A stretch of 34,755 bases of DNA from a virus (lineage: Duplodnaviria; Caudoviricetes). Every line of letters begins with the position of its first letter. Position 1 is the stretch's first letter. A model generated the notes under the pieces. It was not told the DNA's origin. It ran no database searches and saw only the letters and a program-made list of their open reading frames with translations. This document shows positions 25,205-33,571 of this stretch, piece by piece. Made by a program: the position numbers and the translations under genes. Location of the stretch: positions 1 through 34,755 of IMG/VR virus record IMGVR_UViG_3300005573_001292. The stretch is one strand, 5' to 3'.

Positions 25205-25264
25205 GGCTGGGCCCGGCTGGGCTAGGCAGGGCCGGGCAGGGCCGGGCAGGGCGAGGCGTGGCAG
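25205..25264 (+). repeat. GGC-NN pentamer array 3 (12 perfect units; probable ncRNA)
   Basis: NN = TG CC TG TA AG CG AG CG AG GA GT AG. Confidence 0.9.
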
Positions 25265-25321
25265 GGAATCACTGAAAAGCGACATTCAAAAGTTCCATCA
25301 CGGAATACGAGGAGGCATCAC

Positions 25322-26038
25322 ATGGAGCTGTTTGACCAAATGGATCCAAAGCGGTTCAACGTGGCAAAACTGTGTCACTCCAACAAAACCCAGGTACGCA
25401 AATTCACGGGGCGAGTGCTCCTTACCCCTAATGTTATTGCGGCTGTAGATGCGCCGGGGCGTGCGGCAATTATAGCTCTACATAGCGCAGAGAACGTTCC
25501 TACTGTAGCTATACCAGAAAGCGTCGCTGAAGAGCTAGCCAAAAGCTCCGACCCCATAGTGTGGGTTGGTCTACGTGCCCGCACTGGCCAAAAGTGGATT
25601 CAGGTCCAAAGCGACCTTAGCCCCGATGAAGTACAGGATGCCATAAACGAAATCCACCGCATTAGTTGGCCTGCAGATGCTGCTGTGGCATCCGTAATGG
25701 TGGATGTGCAGCTGCTGGTCAAAGTATGCCAGACTATGCTAGCTGTTGCGGGCAAGCCTAAGAACTACCCTGCGCTGCTAAGAGTTGCAGCAGCTGACCT
25801 GCCCATTACCATCGAATCAAGCGCTGGGGATGTAAAATGCATGCTTATGCCCATGCGTTCCCCTGAAGACCATGGTACATGGCCTACTCGACAGGAATCC
25901 CAACAGATTCGCGCGTTTGCCGAGCTAAGCCGGTACGACAAAGCACAGCTCCGAGAAGCAATCGTGGCACTTGGCAACAATGCGACCCGCGGATTGCAGC
26001 GCTTGGCCCAATTGCTAGAGGAGCCTTCAAATTCGTAA
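25322..26038 (+). CDS. hypothetical protein, possibly a single beta-clamp-like domain
   Basis: GAGGAGG RBS; P.TI......CMLMPMR resembles the DnaN C-terminus. Confidence 0.65.
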   Translation: MELFDQMDPKRFNVAKLCHSNKTQVRKFTGRVLLTPNVIAAVDAPGRAAIIALHSAENVPTVAIPESVAEELAKSSDPIVWVGLRARTGQKWIQVQSDLSPDEVQDAINEIHRISWPADAAVASVMVDVQLLVKVCQTMLAVAGKPKNYPALLRVAAADLPITIESSAGDVKCMLMPMRSPEDHGTWPTRQESQQIRAFAELSRYDKAQLREAIVALGNNATRGLQRLAQLLEEPSNS

Positions 26039-26470
26039 CAGTTGCTCTAGCCACTTAGGCTTATCCTTGCCAGCCAGCCAAGCGCGGTATTCAAGCCATT
26101 TAGCTACCAGCACTTTATAGTTCCACAGCAAAACGTCCTGATCTTTTACAGCATTGATGGCAGCGGCGTCATCATCGTCAAGTAGGGCATCAATGCTTAG
26201 CTTGGTGCCAAGTTTGTTGGCAGCTTCATGCAGGAATCGGATGGGGCGACTGTTGCACAGCCGGATCAGGCTAAGCAGGACAGCGCAGGCCAGGCGCTGG
26301 TCTGCAAGCAGACCGACGCGGTACTTGTCCCACAAGCCACAGCGGCAGTAATCGCGAACGCGCTGGGCATCTATGCAAGGAATCCGCCTGCGCAATTTAA
26401 CTCCAGCCACTTTGGTAGGGCCACCGGCTAAGTCTGCAATATGGGCAAAGCAGGCATCAAAATCAGCCAT
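26027..26470 (-). CDS. hypothetical protein
   Basis: ATG 26470 overlapping the holin stop; last gene of the minus-strand block. Confidence 0.6.
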   Translation of the reverse strand: MADFDACFAHIADLAGGPTKVAGVKLRRRIPCIDAQRVRDYCRCGLWDKYRVGLLADQRLACAVLLSLIRLCNSRPIRFLHEAANKLGTKLSIDALLDDDDAAAINAVKDQDVLLWNYKVLVAKWLEYRAWLAGKDKPKWLEQLLRI

Positions 26471-26867
26471 TGGACTGACTTGGCTTTTCACCGGCGCTGA
26501 GTTTGTTAAGCAGGTCGGTTATGACTTTCGGAATCGGTACGCCTATGGCAGAAGCATTCTCGACAATCGAAATCAGCTCGGTAACACAAAACGCGCCAGC
26601 AGCGGCTGATCCTAGTTCCTTAGGCAAGCCAAGGCCCCAAGCCAACGCATAAACACCTAGCACTAGAATCAGCTCCATGACCTTGCGAGCCGTTCCGCTA
26701 AAGCTGGCATCGGACGAAATTTCCTTGCGCTTGCCCGCACAAATAATACCGGCCAGAATGTCAAGTCCCATCAGGATCAGCAAGGCTAATAGTACTGTTG
26801 GTAATGCCAAGAACCAAGCCACAGCTGCCCCCAAGCTTTGCACAATAAACTTCCAAACCTTTTCCAC
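26463..26867 (-). CDS. phage holin (holin family 4 / Cph1-like)
   Basis: LD..AG...A....ISS....G..RK and ELISIVENA..IGVPIP..I...L..L; transmembrane helices; GTG with GGAGGT RBS. Confidence 0.88.
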   Translation of the reverse strand: MEKVWKFIVQSLGAAVAWFLALPTVLLALLILMGLDILAGIICAGKRKEISSDASFSGTARKVMELILVLGVYALAWGLGLPKELGSAAAGAFCVTELISIVENASAIGVPIPKVITDLLNKLSAGEKPSQSNG

Positions 26868-26874
26868 GACTTTC

Positions 26875-27333
26875 TCACCTCCCCCAGCCAAAGCCGATTC
26901 CAACGCTGGCTTGGTAGTCGGACAAAGCGGTCTTGGTTACCCGCACTGGTACCAGGAGTTTCCACCCGCGGTGGATCCCAGTAACCAGAACCCCGCCCGC
27001 AGACCATGCGCCACCAACGTTGTCTTGCGCTGCAGCCATGCCGGCCTCGGCCAACAAGAACACAGTAAATGGGCCGAAGTTCTCCAAAACAGGCGTAGCC
27101 ACGCCGGCACGGTAGGATACCTGCACCGTAAAGGGAATTTTGGTAGCAGACGTAACATCTACCGTGCTGTGCAGGTAAACTCGCCTATCCGTGACCAGCT
27201 TGGCGTAGCTTGCCCAACCATTTACCTGCGGCGCAGCGTAAGGATTATGGACAACGCCGGCAGCAACAAAGTCCTTGGGCAACTCACCGGCCAAGGCAAT
27301 GGTGGCCAGTAATGCGGTCAGCAGTCGTTTCAT
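26875..27333 (-). CDS. secreted/membrane beta-rich hypothetical protein
   Basis: signal peptide MKRLLTALLATIALA, amphipathic strands, ends GIGFGWGR; AGGAGGT RBS. Confidence 0.7.
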   Translation of the reverse strand: MKRLLTALLATIALAGELPKDFVAAGVVHNPYAAPQVNGWASYAKLVTDRRVYLHSTVDVTSATKIPFTVQVSYRAGVATPVLENFGPFTVFLLAEAGMAAAQDNVGGAWSAGGVLVTGIHRGWKLLVPVRVTKTALSDYQASVGIGFGWGR

Positions 27334-27373
27334 TCCATACCTCCTATGATGAGTTTCTTACGCTACAAAACTT

Positions 27374-28069
27374 TTAGTGCAGGCCGATAGCGGCGGCTGC
27401 AATGCCGCCGACAGCCAAAAGAACTTTCCACTTGGAAAGGAATCGTGAAATTTTGGCTGCATTGCTAGTGGTCTGCCTTACATTCTGGGCGATGGCGGGC
27501 GTTTCGCGTTCCCATGTTTTAGCCGTCTTAGCTACGGCCCCTGCAGCCACTTTGGTAGCAGCAATTGTCCCCAAAGCTTGTGGAGTGACTAACTTGATCA
27601 TCCGGTCGGTATCGCCAGCAAGCTGTGTGACCTGCTGATCCGTATTGGCGATGGACTGCGTTAGCTGTTGCGTAACCTCGCCAAGCCGTTGGTCTATTAC
27701 ATCTACAGCCTGCCCCAAGCGCTGGTCTGCACGCACAGTTACGTCTGCAAGCCTTGCATCCAGTCTGCTGGCCAAGCTGTCAATTTGCCTTTCGGCGGCA
27801 CTGCGTGTTAAGGCTAACTCGGCGCGTAGGTCGCGGCGCGTAGCTTGGATTTCAGCAACTAGGGCGGCGCGGGTGGCCTGGATTTCCTCGCGGCTGGCTT
27901 GCGCCTGCAACCGCAATTCCTGCTTAAGCAGTCGTGGAAACTCATCAATCGTGCGAGTAATGTGCACAAGGGCTTCAGCAAATCGGTAGGCTGCCAAGGT
28001 CACGCAGCACGCAAATGCCAAGGCAGCCAACCATAGGGCTAGGGAAAGGATGCTCTTAATCAGCTTCAT
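27374..28069 (-). CDS. membrane-anchored coiled-coil protein (possible spanin-like lysis accessory)
   Basis: N- and C-terminal hydrophobic helices around a long coiled coil; ATGA overlap with the protease stop. Confidence 0.6.
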   Translation of the reverse strand: MKLIKSILSLALWLAALAFACCVTLAAYRFAEALVHITRTIDEFPRLLKQELRLQAQASREEIQATRAALVAEIQATRRDLRAELALTRSAAERQIDSLASRLDARLADVTVRADQRLGQAVDVIDQRLGEVTQQLTQSIANTDQQVTQLAGDTDRMIKLVTPQALGTIAATKVAAGAVAKTAKTWERETPAIAQNVRQTTSNAAKISRFLSKWKVLLAVGGIAAAAIGLH

Positions 28070-29556
28070 GGCTTTATCACGTAAACCCAAACCTGCGTTT
28101 CGGCTTGATTGCCAGCCGAATCGGTAACTGTGGCTTTAATCAAATGCCAGCCAAGCTCACAGCCTTTGCCTGTAGGGCCGATTAGTTCCGCTGTGGAACC
28201 CTTCCAGAATGGGTAATTGGACCACCACACGATCTGAGCTGACAAGTCACCATCCTCCTTGTCCACGGCTTGCGCTTTAGCTACAATCAGGTCGCCACAG
28301 TTAAACTGCTGCCCATTTGTCGGCTCTAGGATCGTTATCGTAGGTGGCTGGTCCACGGGTGGTGGCGGGGGTGGGCCTTGCTTAAGATAGTTGTAAGCTG
28401 CCAACGCATCAACGTAGCCGTAGCCGTATGTATTGTTGGCACGATCATTACCGCCGCAAGTTTTGTCGTTAACTGGCTGTGCAGACTGCCGCAAGGCCTC
28501 TGCAATCCTATCATTAGGGAAACCAAGTGGCTTTAGCAAAGCCACGATCCCCGTAACATGTGGCGTAGCCATTGAAGTACCAGACAATTGCATATAGCCG
28601 CCATCGGGCCAAGCCGACAGCACCGATACACCAGGAGCTGTAACATCCGGTTTGATAGTATCCCCAGGCCCGCGTGAAGAAAACTGCGCAATCTGGCCAT
28701 TGTTGACATCAATCGCCCCCACTGTGAACGATGTCGCATAGTTGCCTGGGCTGCCAACCGTGCCGCAGTATGGCCCAGCATTGCCGGCGGCCACCACGGG
28801 GAAAATGCCGGCATCAAGCCAAGCATCTACAGCATCGCGGAACCAATCGCTTTGGCCACCTCCCCATGAGTTGTTTACTACGGCAGGATGTTTGTCAATG
28901 ATCCATTGCGCGCAATCAAGCAAGCTAGATTCAGAGCACCAAGCCGATTCGCATCCCTTGCAAGCCATCAGCTTGGCTTTTGGCGCTACACCGATTCCAT
29001 TACGCCCCAGAATCGTACCGGCGACATGCGTGCCATGGCCATTGTTATCGCAAGGGCCAGCGTTGCCACAAATGTTCGCAGGGTCGTGGAATATGCCAGT
29101 CCACGCGTCCTTCAGGTCGGGATGGTTTGGGTAGATACCAGTGTCAATGGTCGCCACCAGAACGCCCTGCCCTTCCAACCCTAAGGACCACAAATCAGGA
29201 GCTTTAACGAATTGTACGCCGGGCTGGATTCCGGCTGCATTGGCGGGTTCAGGCTGTGCGGGTTCTAGCTGAATGATTTGCTCTGGCTCTACTCGGTAGC
29301 CCGCCTGCCTAAGCTGCTCAATTAGCTTGGAATCCGCTTGGGGCAGGTAGATGCGGTTCCCTAGCCAATACCGTTTGTGCTGTATCTTGCGCTGTGTAAG
29401 CCAATTTGTGATGCTCGCCTGCTGGCGCTCTGCATGCTGGATGCGCTGCCGGATGCGCTGTTGCGGCTCGGATGCCGTAACCACCGGTCTGTCTAGGACG
29501 ATAAAGTAACCCTTGGGCGCAGCCAATTGGGCTGCTAAGATTAGCAGTGCTAGCAT
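28066..29556 (-). CDS. secreted subtilisin-like serine protease (S8) with propeptide and C-terminal Ig-like domain
   Basis: triad IDTG, HGTHVAG, GTSMATPH; NNSWG, AAGN, FSSRGP, KPDV.APG; poly-Pro linker. Confidence 0.95.
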   Translation of the reverse strand: MLALLILAAQLAAPKGYFIVLDRPVVTASEPQQRIRQRIQHAERQQASITNWLTQRKIQHKRYWLGNRIYLPQADSKLIEQLRQAGYRVEPEQIIQLEPAQPEPANAAGIQPGVQFVKAPDLWSLGLEGQGVLVATIDTGIYPNHPDLKDAWTGIFHDPANICGNAGPCDNNGHGTHVAGTILGRNGIGVAPKAKLMACKGCESAWCSESSLLDCAQWIIDKHPAVVNNSWGGGQSDWFRDAVDAWLDAGIFPVVAAGNAGPYCGTVGSPGNYATSFTVGAIDVNNGQIAQFSSRGPGDTIKPDVTAPGVSVLSAWPDGGYMQLSGTSMATPHVTGIVALLKPLGFPNDRIAEALRQSAQPVNDKTCGGNDRANNTYGYGYVDALAAYNYLKQGPPPPPPVDQPPTITILEPTNGQQFNCGDLIVAKAQAVDKEDGDLSAQIVWWSNYPFWKGSTAELIGPTGKGCELGWHLIKATVTDSAGNQAETQVWVYVIKP

Positions 29557-29993
29557 ATTGCCTCCTTGCCTTCAAACACGGCCCGTTCGCGCCTGCGCCG
29601 AGCCTCAAGCCCAGGCAGGCGCTTGCCTTTAACGTAAACCCAACGCTCGAATTGGCGTGCGGCCTCCGCGGCGTCGCCACGATTAAGAGCTGCAATCAGC
29701 TTGGACTTCAGCGCAGCAGCTATGCCTACATTATAGGCCCAGCTGATTAGTGCCGCCCACTGATGATCGGCTAACGGTACTTTAATAGCTTGGACTATCT
29801 GCTCTGCAATACGGTCCACACATTGGCGCAATAGCGATTCAGCTTCCTGTTCGGTAATCTGCTTGGGAGGATTTTCCAAGTGCGTGCCGTAACCGATAGC
29901 CCAGCCATTTACATCCCACTGCGGAGTGGGGATAAATCCTTCCAGCTCTTTGATTAACTTTACGGCTAGATCCTTTGCACGATTCGTTATCAT
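29550..29993 (-). CDS. endolysin, GH24 phage lysozyme
   Basis: IK..EG.......D....IGYG, AL.S..YNVG, F.RW, GL..RR..E. Confidence 0.92.
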   Translation of the reverse strand: MITNRAKDLAVKLIKELEGFIPTPQWDVNGWAIGYGTHLENPPKQITEQEAESLLRQCVDRIAEQIVQAIKVPLADHQWAALISWAYNVGIAAALKSKLIAALNRGDAAEAARQFERWVYVKGKRLPGLEARRRRERAVFEGKEAIC

Positions 29994-30043
29994 CGCCAAA
30001 GCCTACTCTAGTCTGTGCGCTCTTGGGCGTTGTTGGATAAACC

Positions 30044-33000
30044 TCACTTGACTTTTACTTGCCCTCGCAGCCTGAATGACTTAACAGTCGCTCCACCACG
30101 TAACTGCTCCGTAACGGATAACGTAACATGCACAGTTTTAGGGCTGCCATTCGTCCCCGGAGCAGACACCGTAATATCGGTACTGTAGATCCCAGGTGCT
30201 AGCCCAAGCGGATTGCAGCTTACTGTAAACTCTACCGAATTGTTGCCACTAGCCGGCTTTACGTCGAGCCATGGCACAGACTCAGTAGCACTGATCGTAC
30301 AACTACCTCCTACACAGTAAGCCGTAAAAGTCTGGGGAGCCGGTACATTGCCTTCTGACGTGAAGCTTAGGTTGGTCTTGTCTATGTTCAGCTCTGGGGG
30401 AGGAACGGCAGTAACAAGCCATTCGCCGGCGACTGTGGTATTGTGCACGGCGATTGTACCGTCGTTGGAGGCTACGGTTACGTCATCCAATAAACGTCCG
30501 CCATTGCGGTACACGTCGTAGGTGCCGCCAGTCAGGCCCGTCACAATTATGCTGCCGGTCCCGCTCGCCGTAGCTGTGAATGATCGCGATTGCGCGTCCG
30601 CGCCATTTGCCGGCAGTGCAACCACAACTGGGTAGGAAGAATCTGCGATTTGTACCGCATAGGTGGATGAGTCAGAAGTTAGCAAACTAACCGTGGGCAT
30701 GACGTCTGAGGTGCCAGTGGCAATCCGGTGCACGGCGATCATGCGCACCGAGGTTGTGGTGCCCCAGTCGAACGTCACCTTGTGCGTGTAGCTGGTCTGG
30801 ACATAGCTCACCGTTGGGCTGGCCCCATCTGGGAACAGCACCTTTGTCGAGATCATTGCCGCGGGATCCGTAGGTTTCCGGAAAGTGATGTCGCGGTAGT
30901 CGCTGGAGGCAGAAAACGTGGATGCCGTATCCCCGCGCAGGAAGTACTGGAGGTTCGTCTTGGCTGCCTTGGCGGCAGACAGGGCGGCATCGTCAAACAC
31001 GACCACGTACTCGGGATCGGTTTTGATGTGCAGGAAATGCCGATGATCACGCAACACGGCTGCATCGCTTTTCCAAGATTGCGTAAAGTTGCCGCGCGCG
31101 TAAACATAATTCGAGTCCCCGTGCTTGCGGTCAATCTGGTTGACCTGCCCGCCCTGGGATCCCGAGAACCACGGAGCGTAATTCACGGTCTTGAGCGAGG
31201 ACGCGCCATTCGCCAAGGACAGCCAATTACTTCCTGATCCCCCAGTACCGTAAGAGTTATCCCAACCGAACAGCAGCTTTCGCCCCTTGAAGATAGAATA
31301 TCCGCCCGGCAGATACATTCCCTGATCTATATCATGATCCCGCGGCCAGCTGTACCCCGCCCCAGCGATCAACATGCCCGCCGTGTCGCTCCAGTCTTTC
31401 TTGCTCACCAATAGCCCGTGATAGGCACTAGGATTAAAATCTGTCTCATCATGAAAGCTCCACGGGTTTACGGTTTGGCGGGGGTCAATCTGCGGAGCTG
31501 AAGGCGGAGCATATGCGGCGTGCCATGCCGCGGTCTTGCCTGTCAAGGAATCCATCAGGCCGCTCAGATTCCGGTACCAGAAAGTCGCTCGCGCCGCTTC
31601 CTCCCCGGGCCACAGCGTGGCCGCCATTGCCGTCCAACCCAGCGACACATTTGAATATGGGTCTCCAATGGTAGTTTCGTAGGGCATGCGATTCCAGACA
31701 GAGGGCGGAGTCCACAGGTACACCGTCCGCAAGCCTCGCCAGAAATAGTCGTCCATGACCTCGATTGGCCCTTCTTGGAAGGCGTTCCGACCAACCAGCC
31801 CTACACGCCAGTGCGTACCCTGCCAGCGGCCCCATTGATAGCCTTGATTCTGGAGACCTCCCTGGGTCGGGCCAGACCAATACTCCTTATTGTTCATGAT
31901 GTATTGCGCATCGTAGTACCAATTCCAGATCTGCTCAGCGTAGGCCGCGGCCCTGGGATCATCCCCTGCAAGTGCAAACGCAGTCAGCAGGTACCCCACG
32001 GCTTTCTGGGCCGTCAGATTGTGCTCCCAGCCCATCCCCAAGTAGGCCGCCGGACCCGTTGTGGAGCCGGCCCCACCCTGAAGCTGGCTGCTCCACACTA
32101 CCGGCTTGCCTGCCCCGTGGGCCGCCGCGGTACTGTACATCTGCCCCCGTTGAACGGTGAACTGGTTGCCCTGTCGCTCCAGCACTAGCATCACTTCCGA
32201 TTCGCAGACCACGTAGAAGGGTGCCTGCTCAGGGAAGCTTCCGGCGTTCACCAGCGTGATCGTGGTAGCCGATGCGTCCACCGCCGACGCCAGCGTGGAA
32301 ACGGCCCTCCTCACTACCGCGCCCACGTTGTATTGCTGTCCGCTGCACAGGAAGGCCGCCCCACACTTGGTCGAGTCCCACGGCAGCACGCGATAATGAT
32401 CCACGCCGCTCACTGTGGTCGGAGCACCTGCTGTTTTGCTGGAGCCGGAAATAAAGTTCACATACATTTCCGAGTCGCTTTGCACCGAGACAACGTACCC
32501 CCAGCTTCCCGTGCTCCCCCACTTCATGGTAGTTTTGAAGTAAACCCCGTCCCCTGGTGAGTAGACGGAGAATCCGCTTCCCGTGACGGTATGTGATCCC
32601 TGGGTCAGGCTTGCCGACCCCTGTTGCTTCTGGAGTTGGTTCTGGCAATCATGCTCACCGCCCCACCCGTTCAGCATCTTCTGCGCGAACGCCTGCCGCT
32701 CTGCTGCACTCAACTGGTCCCGGATCAAATCATAGGCCAGGGCAAAGTTGAACATTCCGATAGAAGCCCAGTCTGTCCCTGACCCCCATCCACATCCGTC
32801 CGTCGTGATGTCGCACGGAAACCCCAAGCCCGTACGAAGTCCGGCGGTGTTTGTGATCATTGCGCGTTCCACATTGTTTATAAGGTAGCGCGCCAGGTTC
32901 AGGTATCCTGTCTTGGAATTATCCGCAAACCAGGCGTAAGCGGCTGCCACCGCAGCCCAGCCTTGGATTCCCGATGCATCCCCCTTGTCCAACACTGTCT

Positions 33001-33571
33001 CTTCGTTGGGACACAGCTCGCGCGTGGACCCGTCGCAACCCGGCGTAATGTAGGGGGCGTAGGTGGAAATGATCCTCTGCCAGGGAATGTCATTCTCAGT
33101 CGCCACGGGAGCTACCTGGGGACCGCTTCCGTCCGGGTCCTTGGAACGGGTAAGCAAATCGCCCGATCCCGGGAGGAAGATCCGCGGCCTGTCGGAGCGA
33201 AGTGTGTATGTCCCAACCTTACCTGCCAGTCCGGATTCGTATGTCGGATCGAAAGGATACGAGCAGGTGATCGGGTTGTTGTTCAGGTCGGCAATCGCAA
33301 ATGTCCCGGCTGCCCGGTTGCTGTTGACCACTCTCCTGTAACCGTTTGCCTCGCGGCAACCAGGCACGAATTGCAGATAGACGACGTCGCCATCCGAAAG
33401 GTCATGCTCCTGCTTGCCCGTCGTATGCCGCCAGACCGTCACTACCGCAGGCGTGTCCGCGGACACGTTCCGCACGTGATACAGTGACGACGGACCACCA
33501 TAGCGCAGGCGCAATGTCTGCGCCGCGCACAGCGTGCTCAGGAAAATTGCAGCGGCGATTCTACCTGACAT
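30044..33571 (-). CDS. large secreted-type protein, heparinase II/III / polysaccharide-lyase-like with C-terminal BACON-like domain
   Basis: signal peptide from ATG 33571 (GGAG RBS); helical ALAYD.I...LS..ER..F segment, HN, beta-sandwich part (YARG, R.F, YVVVFD), terminal PWL.V.P.SG...GIY...ITV. Confidence 0.6.
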   Translation of the reverse strand: MSGRIAAAIFLSTLCAAQTLRLRYGGPSSLYHVRNVSADTPAVVTVWRHTTGKQEHDLSDGDVVYLQFVPGCREANGYRRVVNSNRAAGTFAIADLNNNPITCSYPFDPTYESGLAGKVGTYTLRSDRPRIFLPGSGDLLTRSKDPDGSGPQVAPVATENDIPWQRIISTYAPYITPGCDGSTRELCPNEETVLDKGDASGIQGWAAVAAAYAWFADNSKTGYLNLARYLINNVERAMITNTAGLRTGLGFPCDITTDGCGWGSGTDWASIGMFNFALAYDLIRDQLSAAERQAFAQKMLNGWGGEHDCQNQLQKQQGSASLTQGSHTVTGSGFSVYSPGDGVYFKTTMKWGSTGSWGYVVSVQSDSEMYVNFISGSSKTAGAPTTVSGVDHYRVLPWDSTKCGAAFLCSGQQYNVGAVVRRAVSTLASAVDASATTITLVNAGSFPEQAPFYVVCESEVMLVLERQGNQFTVQRGQMYSTAAAHGAGKPVVWSSQLQGGAGSTTGPAAYLGMGWEHNLTAQKAVGYLLTAFALAGDDPRAAAYAEQIWNWYYDAQYIMNNKEYWSGPTQGGLQNQGYQWGRWQGTHWRVGLVGRNAFQEGPIEVMDDYFWRGLRTVYLWTPPSVWNRMPYETTIGDPYSNVSLGWTAMAATLWPGEEAARATFWYRNLSGLMDSLTGKTAAWHAAYAPPSAPQIDPRQTVNPWSFHDETDFNPSAYHGLLVSKKDWSDTAGMLIAGAGYSWPRDHDIDQGMYLPGGYSIFKGRKLLFGWDNSYGTGGSGSNWLSLANGASSLKTVNYAPWFSGSQGGQVNQIDRKHGDSNYVYARGNFTQSWKSDAAVLRDHRHFLHIKTDPEYVVVFDDAALSAAKAAKTNLQYFLRGDTASTFSASSDYRDITFRKPTDPAAMISTKVLFPDGASPTVSYVQTSYTHKVTFDWGTTTSVRMIAVHRIATGTSDVMPTVSLLTSDSSTYAVQIADSSYPVVVALPANGADAQSRSFTATASGTGSIIVTGLTGGTYDVYRNGGRLLDDVTVASNDGTIAVHNTTVAGEWLVTAVPPPELNIDKTNLSFTSEGNVPAPQTFTAYCVGGSCTISATESVPWLDVKPASGNNSVEFTVSCNPLGLAPGIYSTDITVSAPGTNGSPKTVHVTLSVTEQLRGGATVKSFRLRGQVKVK

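Noticed and set aside
25019-25225. ORF 25019-25225 (+) encoding RRGQAGRGGAGQGRARQG
   Set aside because: It is the translation of the GGC-NN pentamers; a 5-nt period conflicts with codon structure, there is no RBS, and it overlaps the ParB-like gene end
23587-25264. Calling the GGC-NN tracts a CRISPR array or a plain microsatellite
   Set aside because: There is no 25-45 nt repeat/spacer structure. A neutral microsatellite would not confine variation to the same two of five positions in three separate tracts around one gene pair
23587-25264. A self-target for the NN series inside this window
   Set aside because: I could not run a gapped-pattern search and saw no convincing match by eye, so no target is claimed
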